The notes: generated from the sequence alone by a model not told the origin. DNA of 56,652 nucleotides, filler included, from Sphacelaria rigidula (GCA_964200075.2; 5 parts of 5 records of this genome joined end to end with filler, not necessarily neighbours in it); one strand, 5' to 3'. Positions 34,412-45,303 are shown, counted from the whole stretch's first letter. A program made the numbers and translations.

Positions 34412-35480
34412 CTAAGGAATGTCCCGTGCTGTCTGGGGAGCCGTTGCGTATGCTCTCACCGCCCTGAAAATATTGGTCACCCCCGTTCCCAGCACCGACA
34501 ACGCCGTCCTCACCCTGCTACCACTGGCAGTCGCAGCACTGCCTAGTGCATCATCCATCTGTACAGAGGCACCCGCCGCTGGCGCGACAACCGCATTGAC
34601 TGATGCGGTCGAGACAGGGGGCACGTTGGATAGTCCAATCGCCGGAGGCGGACCCACATGGGCGGCAGTCGATGATCGCCGTTGAGCTTTAACCTTCACC
34701 CTGGCCGATGCCGCTGGCACGACAGCCGCGTTGGCCGGGGTAGAACGCGCGTTGAGAAGCTCGATCGCCGGAGGCGGACCCACGGGGGTAGCAGCCGATG
34801 GTCGGCGCTGAGCCTTCAACTTCGCCATGGTCGATCCCGCTGGCGCGACAACCGCGTCGGCCGATGCGGTTGAGACAGGGCGCACGTTGGACACTTTCAT
34901 TGTCGGAGGTGAATGCACAGAGACGGCCGCCGATGGTCGACGTCGAGCCTTAGACTCCACCGTGGCCGATACCGCTGCCGCTGGAGCCACAGAGGGCTGG
35001 GCTGACACTGTGGGTGCTGCTTGCGATGCAGATCCGCCAAATATCTCTGCTTCAGGCCCGGGGGTGGCAGTTGGCCGCTGCGGACGCGAGGCGGATCCCG
35101 CCGTCGCTGCCTTGGACGCGGAGGCCACAGAGAGCTGTGCTGGAGGAGGAATACTGCCGGTCGAGAAGGCCTATGATGACCCATCGCTAGATGTTTCGGT
35201 CGACGCTCCCATCTCCGTGAGACGCCCCAACCAGTCCACGCGGAAGGATGAAGCTGGTGGAGTGCGGGTCTCCATCTTCTTGCCCACGTATGTCGTGTTC
35301 CGCTTCCACTTCTGTGTAGTTGTTTCGGGTGACATCACACATACATATCGGAAATCAACAACGCCGACGGAAAAGGCCCCAGCGTCAAACGCGTTGCACA
35401 TGCGTACTGCATCAAACAAGACCTCCGTTGTCTTCGCATGGTCGCCAAATATCAAGAATGGCACCAAGAGGAATCGCGAG
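34412..35480 (-). pseudogene. Terminal exon-like ORF with three Ala/Pro-rich RRxS repeats, broken by one in-frame TAG; possibly the tail of the kinase locus
   Basis: ORFs 35171-35467 and 34412-35128 share a frame, separated by TAG at 35173-35171; repeats of about 45/42/39 aa at ~34568-34945. Confidence 0.5.
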
Positions 35481-35814
35481 TTTTCTGTAGTATTGTTTCC
35501 TTCAAATCGGCGAACGTCTGAAACTCAGGGTATTTGAAGACTCATTATGCAGATCGTCGTTGCAGAATATCCCCGCCTGTTGACTTTCCTTACCATTGCG
35601 ACTACTATTAATCACCTGCAAAAGCCGTGCACTGGAGGAGGACAATTTCTGTTTATCCGATAGAATTCTGGTGAGAGTGCAACGAAGCTCGATCTTAAGC
35701 CACAGGCATCAAGACGAATTGATTCCGTTGGCTCTACAAAAGTGTTGTCGTGTTTCTTCAACGTGCTACACCCTGTGCTTCCCAACAAATGAATACTCAA
35801 GGCTGGCGCTGGAA

Positions 35815-36330
35815 AACAGGTCGTAAGGCACTTCTTGTGTTGAAAGAACAATCTTGTTGACAACTGCTCTTTAGGTCCTTCTGCACAATTTTACGCCCCA
35901 AATGAGGGCTAGGCGAATGCTGACACCTTAGAATGACTTGCTTTACTCGTTGAGACCGTTCCAGGATACCCTTGCGTTTAGCGGTGGCCGCAGCTTCTTT
36001 GTTTTGCCAAATTTGCATCTTTAATATCAAACGGCCGAGTTGCAAAAAAACAGGGAAAAACTGCCAGTTTTTTCGATATATTGACCGTCTGTCTCTTATT
36101 GTGAGGATGCGAGTTTGGTCGGAAAAAAAACTGCAGCCACCGGAAAACACGGAGGTGTCCTAAAACCGCCTCAACGAGTAGAGCAAGTCATTCCAAGGTG
36201 TCAACATCCGCCTAGCCCTTTTCCCGGGCGTAAAACGACGGAGGAGCACCAAAAATATACTTTTCAACAAGACGTTTTAATACATAAGAAGTGACCTGAG
36301 CATATAATAAAAAACAGGTTTCATCGGATT
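35815..36330. mobile_element. Foldback MITE (family of 18730-19390)
   Basis: ctttactcgttgagaccgttccagg...gcggtggccgcag mirrored by ctgcagccaccgg...cctcaacgagtagagcaagtcattccaaggtgtcaacatccgcctagccc. Confidence 0.8.
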
Positions 36331-36419
36331 TTCACGGCATGTCAAATCCACTGATTTAAGCCAGCACTCGCAGGGTATGGCTAGTATTCAACCAAAGACT
36401 CGACCAATACGAGCTGGGT

Positions 36420-36620
36420 TAGCCGAAAAAATGGACTTGAGCTACCACAGCCTCATCTCATTGACGCAGACAAATTGGGCGGTGGTGATCCGCACGCCTT
36501 GTTATTCGTTTAATAATCGAGGAGCACATGATTGTCTACTCAATAGACGGGTCGAATGCTTCCTCGTTGGTTCAAGGCCGCGGCGAGTGAATCCCGTCAC
36601 GTACGGAGACACCTCAATAC
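36420..36620 (+). repeat. Dispersed repeat shared (inverted) with 46540-46720
   Basis: atggacttgagctaccacagcctcatctcattgacgcagacaaattgggcggtggtgatccgcac vs reverse complement atggacttgagctttcacagctatatctcattgacacaggcaaattggaccgtgatccgcat. Confidence 0.7.
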
Positions 36621-36915
36621 TAGAGTCGATGCGAATACCCGGTACTGACGTACAAAATGAAAAAACGGTTACAAATAAAAATGAAGAAGCTTCACCAGGT
36701 GCTGGGAATCTTTCCGCTGAGATCCCCGGAAGACGATGCAGAATGACTCAGAATAAAGAAGAAAAAAATGGTGCGCGCGGGGGTAATTCAAGGGATATTT
36801 GACCAACGTTTCGTTGCGGAACCCGAAAAACTCATGAAATCGTTATAACGTGAAGCTTACTCCAAGAGTCGTTCCGATAACAAACGTAAGTAGCTACGAT
36901 CTTGTACCTTTCAAG

Positions 36916-37370
36916 AACAGCCGATCATCGAAATTGAGGGGGGAGTTTCTCATGGAGGATGACGACCCAAAAAAATGAAAGACTTTCGTATTCCCCTAAA
37001 TTCTTCGAAATATGGTTGCATTCCTTCGACTAGTGGTAGCTAATGACGACTACTTCACACCATACAAGCTACAATTCGGATGACCGAAATGTTGAGGTTC
37101 TGCTTGTAGGTGAAAAACAAGTCTGTGATATTTATAAGGTGGTCCGTATTGATTAAAAAAACATCCCCATTTTTGTTTTTTTTACCAATACTCTGAATTT
37201 TGGTCGTCGAAATTCAAACTTGTATAGTCGGCAGTAGTTGTCCATGTTACCAGTACGTGAAGGAATGTAACCATATTCCGAAGAATTGGTGAGGATCTAC
37301 GAAGTTTTGAATTTTCCGGGTTATCATTCTCAATGCTAAAGCCCCATCCTTAATTCGATGGTCAGCTGTT
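36916..37370. mobile_element. Older palindromic MITE, TIR AACAGCCGATCATCGAAATTGAGG, near-TSD CAAG/TAAG
   Basis: Left terminus identical to 42042; right terminus ccttaattcgatggtcagctgtt. Confidence 0.8.
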
Positions 37371-38000
37371 TAAGCTCATCTCATCGCGCGTTGGAGCGAA
37401 TGTTCACTCCAACTCTTGGAGCTAGACTCTGATTTTTTTCATGCATTTGCTATGGGACATGAAGAAATTTCTCAAGCATCGGGACTTTTGTTTATTTTTT
37501 TCCGTTATAGGGGGTACTCAAAGGGCATGTGACCCCCCAGGACGCTGGGACCCTCGATAATTGGCGGAAAAGTACAATGACAAAAGAGCGCAACCATGAA
37601 GCGTTTTTTTTTTCATGTCTCATGATATCTGTATGCAATTTTTTCAGAATCTACTTCCAAGAACCGGTGTGAACATGTACGGATAAAATATTTCTACGCA
37701 ATGAGCGTGAACCAACTCGTATGCCTTGCGATCCTCCGTGCGGAATTTCAGAGCACAACTTTCAACACAGAGTCGTAAAATTTCCTGTTAATACGACATA
37801 CAGCTCTATTTCTAGGCTGGCCGAGCCTGTAAATCTTGATTTAACAGCTCAGCTGTGAGGGTCATGCTTCGAAATTTGGCGTGGAGAATCGCAAGGGCAT
37901 TGAGACGAAAGTTAGGCTAAGACGTTTAGCTTCTATTTCATGAGTTGAAGACGTTTTGGTGGAAAATGCATCTTGTTTGCCCCTTGGTAGCTCAATACTT

Positions 38001-38570
38001 AGCCTGGTCCGGCGAGAACCCGGCGTGCTCCGTCCCGGCTTCGTAGGGATGGACCCCTATGGGGTTGACATCGGTTGGCAACGACGCTGTAAAACAGGCC
38101 ACTCAGTGCGTAAGCTAGGCAACCAGGTTGCCGATTCGTTTGCGCGCTTGCGTTTTTTTTTGTGGTAACCATGCTGGGGGTCGAGCTAGATCACATTGTG
38201 CGGGATGGGAGAACCTCAACTCCGCGCAAAGGGGGTAATCATATTACGCAGTGTTCGAATGGTGAGACGCCCATGAGGCAGTGTGGACACCGTGGTTGTC
38301 TCTGAAAGTGGCAATACCAGGATATGAAGCAACTCATTGGAGGCTATCATCCGAAGACAAGATAATCATCATGCCTCGGGCCGAACAATGCAGGGTGCAG
38401 CTCACCCTTCATGCGACTCGCCGAACACACCACGGCGCTTCACGCTTGGTGAATGATCGCGAGCCTGGTCCGGCGAAAACCCGACGTGCNNNNNNNNNNC
38501 GTCCCGGCTTTGTAGGAATGCGAGGTCAATGGTCATATGACTATGGCATGCAAGATCATGAGTACACCCC
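38001..38570 (+). mobile_element. Non-autonomous LINE-derived element (38054-38570) preceded by a 3' fragment of itself (38001-38051)
   Basis: cccctatggggttgacatcggttggcaacgacgctgtaaaac...gcaagatcatgagtacacccc. Confidence 0.85.
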
Positions 38571-38957
38571 ATAGCTCAATATAAATAACAATGTCTTGAG
38601 GCACGCCCTTCTTTTATGCACTTGCGCTTCTCGACACCAAAGTTTCAAAGCACAACTCTCAAAACTGAGCGGCAAAGCTGCCTACGAGATACAGCCCCGT
38701 CTCTAGGCTGACCTAGCTCGTACAAAAAGCGCTTATGGGCGAAAACAGCACATTTTTTCCGTGACACCCATCCATCGATATTCTCAACATACCCGCGACG
38801 ACGACAGCGTCATTCATCGCGCATGCTTAGGCCGTTCTAGCTAGACGATAAATGAAAGTGCAAATCGGGGAAAAATCAGTCAACCTATCTCTCCTCACGG
38901 TGCGTGATCCCATGTGAAGGAACATCGCGTTGTACCAATGGGACAAGACAAACTCAC

Positions 38958-39046
38958 CTGGAAGAACGGGCTGGAGATGACCTCGTCTACCCCCCAGCGT
39001 TCGTCCGCGGTCCAGGTGGTCAACCTGCGTAGGAGCTCCGCCAGGT
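38958..39046 (-). pseudogene. Protein kinase exon, subdomain XI
   Basis: Acceptor CACAG|AC, donor CAG|GTGAGT; (D)LAELLRRLTTWTADERWGVDEVISSPFFQ resembles DLL.RML..DP..R....E.L.HPFF. Confidence 0.7.
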
Positions 39047-39250
39047 CTGTGAGGACATACATGCATATCAAGCGTATACAAGAAGGGGGGTTGAGGGAAG
39101 GGTATCGTAAGCATGCATCTTATTGAGATGAGCTGCAACGACGGACACTAGCTATACCTCCACCGCAGGAAATCAGATTCATACCGCACGCCTTCCGTTC
39201 TCCAGAAGTCACGATAGCCGGGGAGGGTTTCTTCGAGACTGATTTGATAC

Positions 39251-39449
39251 CTATATCTCTGGCCTAGAGAGTTGGCGAGTCGTGTCTTCGGGTACAACGA
39301 TACGGCGTTTGAAGTCGGGGTTTATCTCGATTGTGACCGGAGAATCGCCGCCTCGACCACAGATAGCGTAGCCCTGGCGCACCACTGCCAGTTGCAAGCG
39401 GGCGACACGGGCGGTATACATCCGAGTGCTACCCCGGCGCAAACAGCCT
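39251..39449 (-). pseudogene. Possible decayed kinase exon (subdomain IX-like) with two TAG stops
   Basis: RLFAPG*HSDVYRPCRPLATG...L*ARDI; phase-1 donor G|GTATCA fits the phase-1 acceptor of the subdomain XI exon. Confidence 0.35.
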
Positions 39450-40419
39450 CTATCGAATATTGAGAAATGAAACCGCACGCACATGTCACACAGAGACATG
39501 CATTGGTCGCGCGCGTTGTGTGATGCCAAAGCACAAGATCTACTAAGCCCCCTCGATGTCGATATCTACTACAGTGCCGGCCCGCTCGTGAGAAATATCT
39601 TCGCAAAAAATTGAGCCTCAGATTTTCGAAAAACTGAGGAATTTGCTCTAAGAAACATGAGAAACGGAGCGGCAGAAATTCGATCAAAATATCGTGCAAC
39701 GGAAGTTCGTACGTGTGAAGAATAAGTGGCGGGAGAAAGTTGAAGAAATTGCTGGGCTGGTGAGGAGAAATGCCACAATATAAGAGATAGATACAATGTT
39801 CTTGGCAAGTCATAAGAAATGGCGAAACGTCGGAATAACGCCCATATCGGCTGCCAAAGTAAGGTTATGAGCCTCACTCAGAGTAGCTGATTCTTGTGAG
39901 CGGGCCTGCACTGTAGCGTTCAACTTTCGACATGCGTCATACTCCAAACGTGGTGGAGATATTTACATAACTTTCGATCCTGTCCTCGGCAAAGCGACTT
40001 TTGTTTTTTCGCTTCGGTTAGTTTGCAACTCGGTGTGGCCTCTGCCTCGTCCATCAACTGAAACACCTATCAGTCATGCATTTGTGGACGCAACAGATCA
40101 TAACACAAGGTGATCACATCAACAGTGACGAACCAAAACACAGCCGCTGTAGGGAAGCGTTACTGACCTAGTCGGCAAACATCAACAACCCCGAAATTCG
40201 CAAAGGGCGAGTCCCACCGAGCCATTCGGAAAACGTCTAGACCAGAGATATTCTGAAACGAAGACATGACATGTAAGCTATACTTCTCGGGGACTCAGGG
40301 AAACGTGAAGGGGCCCGTGATGAATCGGACGTATCTACTGTACGTACACTCACAGACATCCCTCTTTTCGTACTCCGCGTGACGGCTGCTCTAAAACCGA
40401 CTCATGATCTCAATACTGA

Positions 40420-40893
40420 TGGCCCCGGACTGAAGCGCTGTGCTGCGGAACCTCTGTATCGTCTCATCCGAAAATCAGCCAGTCGGCGGAATTTCGAGAC
40501 TTCGAAGACCGTACCACATCCGTGTGTCGTGTGTCCAGCTACTCTTGAAGACAACGACGGACAAAGAACTTTTTGTTGGCAGTCTCGTGCATACACACCT
40601 GAGAACTCGTCTCCTGGAAACGCCGCCGCGGGATCCGTGACAGTCAAGTGGTGCGGATACGATCCGCGCAGTTCGCCGATGCACATGGCAGCCGCATACA
40701 TGTCACTAGCCCAGCCGTCGTGGTACCCACCAGAGCGGCGGTGACCGGTTTTGTGCATCAAGAACCGCATACGCTGAGAACAGCACGTTTGGGGCCGCGG
40801 GGGAATGGATTGTGGCGGAGCACACACAAAGAAGTGAAACGGTTGACACAGTAGGTGCTGTCAGCGACATGTGTGCGCTGTGCCGCACGTGCT
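40420..40893 (-). pseudogene. Protein kinase subdomains VIII-XI, decayed
   Basis: STCGTAH-(frameshift)-MSL at 40893-40861 resembles CGT..YMSPE; GYHDGWASDMYAAAMCIGEL (IX) at ~40725-40669; AAAFPG; RLADFRMRRYRGSAAQRFSP (XI-like). Confidence 0.65.
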
Positions 40894-40980
40894 GTGCCGG
40901 TTGTGGACATGCGGGGTGGACATGCCGGATAGACCCCGGTCATGTCTGCCCGTTCTGCCAGCGCCAATGTTCACTCAAAA

Positions 40981-40982
<2 letters not shown>

Positions 40983-41047
<65 letters not shown>
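40983..41047. repeat. (GT)n microsatellite, ~32 units
   Basis: Direct reading. Confidence 0.95.
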
Positions 41048-41049
<2 letters not shown>

Positions 41050-42041
41050 CGTGCTCAAGCATACCATTAATTCACACAGGTACCGATCGATATCGCTCTC
41101 GCGTATGTATGTGGACAGGGTATGTCTCCCCATGATGTCGACGCATCCGGATTTTGCGAAATTCACGAGACCCGCCGGTGAGATTCCATCGTAAGCCTAC
41201 GTACGCGTGTGTGTCGAGAACGAACATGTCCACTCCAGACCGCGTCTGACAAACAGAGACCTCCCAACTTGTCGGTGCGTTTCGCAGGTGCTTTCTGAAG
41301 ACTATTATAGTCAAGCTTCTTTCGAGTCAAGTGCTACTGGATGTTCGAGCTCAAACTCCACGCGACAGAATACAGTACATCAAGCCCGTGTTTTCTGGGA
41401 CTATGTACATACGCCGAAATGCAATTGCATCCGGGAGTGTGGAGTAGGGAGGAACGACGTGAGCGATCTCCATGCGAGCATCCCTGACATAGTCTACAGG
41501 GTATCTCCGGGCCATCAGATACCTGAGAGATCCTACGATGCCTAAATACATAGCGTCTCGATACGTTCGACTTGGGTTTGTAACCCACTGCGCCGGGTAA
41601 AAACACATATGTATTAGATCCGTTTCTATGCGCCAAGAGGGCGAGTACCCACCGCAAGGGGGCAGCAGTACTTAGGTCGGTTGCTCGTCGGGAAGTGCGA
41701 GTGCTGGCCGATCTCGACGTCGTCCTGTCCAGCAAGAGCACGCAAGGTACAGACCAGTTTATTAGATCGACACGTTCAATGCAGTAGCCAGCTATATGTG
41801 TATGCTGGAGATGGAACATGGTACTACCAAAAGGTCGCGAGAAGCCCTTGACCAATGAATTTCATGTCGATACATGAACTGAAGTTCATTTTGTGCACGA
41901 TACAACTTGACAGTGTCGAGTAAGTGTGCTGCATTCGCGCGCAACAAGCCGTGTGGGCCTCACGGTCGGTTCGCTGAAACCCGACAGCAATGATACTTCC
42001 TTCTCTAAATACCGTCTCGACCCTGCTGCAGAACACTAATG

Positions 42042-42481
42042 AACAGCCGATCATCGAAATTGAGGATGAAGCTTTTCATTGAGGATGGGAACCCTGCAGG
42101 ATTAGAATCTCCGGTACCACACCAAATCTTCGAAATACGGTTCCATTTCTTCAGCTACCGGTAGCTATTGACAACTGCTATACGCCCTACTAATTCGGAA
42201 CTCGATAACCGAAATGTTGGGGTCCTAGATGAAGAAACAATGTGGGGGCATTTAGGTGATCCGATCGGATCGCCTTAATTCCCCTACATTGTTTCTCCAT
42301 CTAGGACCCCAACATTTCGGTTATCGAGTTCCGATTAGTAGGGCGTAAAGCAGTTGTCAATAGCTACCGGTAGCTGAAGAAATGGAACCACGAAGATTTG
42401 GTGTGGTTACGAAGATTCTAATCCTGCGGGGTTCCCATCCTCAATGAAAAGCTTCATCCTCAATTTCGATGATCGGCTGTT
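42042..42481. mobile_element. Young 440-bp palindromic (foldback) MITE with 4-bp TSD AATG
   Basis: Arms are near-perfect reverse complements meeting at gatccgatcggatc (~42258-42271); AATG at 42038-42041 and 42482-42485. Confidence 0.93.
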
Positions 42482-42667
42482 AATGGCAGATGTATGGGTT
42501 CGTTTGCCTGGCACCCACTGGTCGTGGAGTTCGATTACAAACCTCCTACCCAGCCTGCCACCAATAAACCATTGCTGCTGCTACTACAGATAAAAGGCTA
42601 AGCGATTGTTTGCCACCGCTTCCAGTCGAAGTACGACAACGGCGCCCAGTGCGTGACTCCGGCTCAC

Positions 42668-43000
42668 CTCGTCCCAGATAGGGCTGTTCATCTGGGCAAG
42701 GCCTAGGTCGACGAGGGTGAGCTTGAAGCTGCCATTGGGTAGTCGCTTGAGGGTCATGTTGCTGGGGGCAATGTCATTGTGTGTCACGCCAGCGCTCTGG
42801 AGTAGCATCACAGCATTAATGAGCTGCGTAATGGCCATTTGAGGAGTACATACAAAGCCAACCAACGAAGAGGGGACAGGTGAGCCATGTTTTTCGTGGA
42901 ATGCGTGCAAGGTATTTGTGGCGAGCGATGATACAGTCGCGGTTTTGTGCCTACTCAGCATAAAATCAGCTGACGAAAAATAGTCATCAAGGAAGATCCC
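42668..43000 (-). pseudogene. Protein kinase exon, subdomains VIa-VII (non-RD catalytic loop)
   Basis: Acceptor CTGTAG|GGG, donor GAG|GTGAGC; GIFLDDYF...QMAITQLINAVMLLQSAGVTHNDIAPSNMTL...FKLTLVDLGLA. Confidence 0.85.
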
Positions 43001-43111
43001 CTACAGTAGTATACACACGATTGGGCGATTGCTACAACTTCTGAGCACGGCGGCGGTATATAGCAGCGAGCTAGACATGAGTACATCGGACGATGGGTAA
43101 GCGTTACTCGC

Positions 43112-43400
43112 CCTTGTCAAAGGAAAAACAAAATGACCACGACAAGCCATCATAAATACTGGGAGAAACTGAGCGACATACTTCGAATCGAAGCTACTAG
43201 AATGATAGAGAGAATGATCGAGAGCCTCTCTAGTCTGTAGCCAAAGATCGAAGCCCCCCGCGAAACTCGGAGGTACCGAATCAGCATCGAGGTATGCGTC
43301 ATGCATCTAGATCGGAGGCACGGCGTCTGTTGTTGCGGGGCAGACGGCAAGAATGCAGTGAAATACACTTGCCCTCTTGCACCAGAAAATCGATATTTGT
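43112..43400 (-). pseudogene. Kinase N-lobe-like segment (second domain) with a frame break
   Basis: SGARGQVYF (G-loop-like, 43386-43360) in one frame; QTREAL...KYVAQFL...GHFVFPLTR in another; AGG|GCGAGT donor joins in phase to GIFLDDYF. Confidence 0.5.
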
Positions 43401-43792
43401 AGAAAAACGTGTCGATTTTGACCGCGTCAGACAAACGTGTACCGCGACGCGTACGATTTTTCGTTCATGCCATTGCTCGAGTTACATATCTTCTCCGTCT
43501 ACCCGTCCAGATCCATTGAAGTGCTGGATCTTATCGGTGCAATCCGAAAACGAACCCTAGAACCCTTGCCCGTAGTGCAACATGAACAGCACTGGAACAA
43601 CATAATACAACACGCGTTCAGACGTTTGGATCCCGGAGTCGTGCAACAACGCCGGCAGTGGGGGAGGGGGGGGGAAGGGAAGAGGCCATCCATCCCGTCC
43701 GTTCCATGGAACGTATCTGATGCCCCCCTCCCGCCACACCCCTATCCGTCCACGAATCCTCGACCTAGAACACGAGGTTGAGGTCAGCTCAC

Positions 43793-43871
43793 CTGTCCCG
43801 CGAACTCCATGATGTGGCAATTGTGCTCAAACAGCTTCGGATTTTCTTCGATTGAGGCCTTCAGGTCCTGC
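43793..43871 (-). pseudogene. Kinase exon, alphaD-alphaE (first domain)
   Basis: Acceptor CCGCAG|G, donor CAG|GTGAGC; completes ...METAGE|QDLKASIEENPKLFEHNCHIMEFAGQ, matching the phase-2 donor upstream. Confidence 0.7.
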
Positions 43872-44305
43872 CTGCGGGATAAAGATGAAGAGAGGGAGGG
43901 AGGGAGGGAGGGTAAAAGGGAAGAAAGGTGCGGTGTTACGTCGGGTCAAGTGCACAGCATGCCACGAACCGCGGCCTCCAAATGCACGTGCAGAGTCATT
44001 TTCGACCGGTCCAGTCCGTCGGACGAACGTTCTCCTATTTCACACTAGTTGCAACAGGGGAATCGATACGTGGAGAAACCATGGCTTTGTTCGTGGCTTG
44101 CCTTTTGCGCGAACAAACGTAATAACACTCGATACACGAACGCCGTGTGGAATATGTGCATCAGTGCTCGGTTCGTCTACAAGGGCGGCACGCGAGCACG
44201 GTCTGTAGATATTGATGGCTCAAAACGACAGAGTCAGGTAAACATCGAACGTGGGGAAATAAGCCTCACGTCTTGCGACCAATCCAGCACTTTCAGAATA
44301 CTCAC

Positions 44306-44493
44306 TCCCCGGCAGTCTCCATAAAAATTCCGAATTTCCCGACTAGTGAGCCGTCATACGCTCCCAGGTCAGGTGTCCACCCGAGCATATCCACGACACT
44401 GTCTACATCCTTGGCAGCCATCAGCGCCCATATCTCATTGCGGATCAAGGGAAATCTGTATTGGGGCATGCCCATGATCTTCATGGCCTTTCC
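44306..44493 (-). pseudogene. Kinase exon, subdomains II-V (first domain)
   Basis: Acceptor TGGCAG|GGA, donor GA|GTGAGT; GKAMKIM...LIRNEIWALMAAKDVDSVVDMLGW...FGIFMETAG (AxK, alphaC Glu, hinge). Confidence 0.8.
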
Positions 44494-45303
44494 CTGCCAA
44501 ACAAATGTAAATCGTGCGCGCGGCAGAGAAGGCCAATTGGGGGTAAAGATAGAAGTGAAAACGCACGCGCGATGCTGATATCTCGTCGAGCATGAAGGGG
44601 ATGGGACCTTGTGTTCTCCATGTCTCGATGATGGTTGATTGAGTAATTGATTGTGTCGCAGAGCACCGGATTCGCTGCGAGTACAGGCACGGTCACGAGA
44701 TTTGCGTACCCAAGGTGAAAAGCGAGAATACTCAATCAACGATCCCGAAAAGGGTAAAGTCGAAAAGGAGAACAGACGCAGTAAACTGAAAACGAAAAAA
44801 GAAAACATAGTAAGGAGAGACAACAAAGAATAGGGAGCAAGGAGCAGAGACAGGAGGAGAGCAAAAACAACGCACGGCTAAGATCAAGTACCAGATCCGC
44901 GGGGGAGATGAAACTGCGGGGCCGTGCCGCGCAAGGCTTCGGGTAAAGAGGCCGTGCAGAAACCAAAACAAAATGAGCGAGGCCGCGGACGTTGGTTGTG
45001 ACTCAGCCATGTGGAGAGCACAATCTTTGGGCAGGAGCCCACACCCGCGAGCTCGACCGAAGCGACACACGAAGGCTACGTGACACCTCTATCGGTATGA
45101 CTTACAACTTGCATCTCAACCAGAACACAAGTTCAAAACATACATCCGATCATACCGGGATACCGGTGCAGATCGCGCGTCGCCGTTGCGTGAAAGCTGG
45201 TTCTTATAGTAGGTTAAAGAAAAAGGAGGGTCAGCTTCTCTTTTTCACGTCTATATCCGGGCTGTGTTATAGTAGGTCAAATAAAAGAAGGGTTAGCTGC
45301 TCT

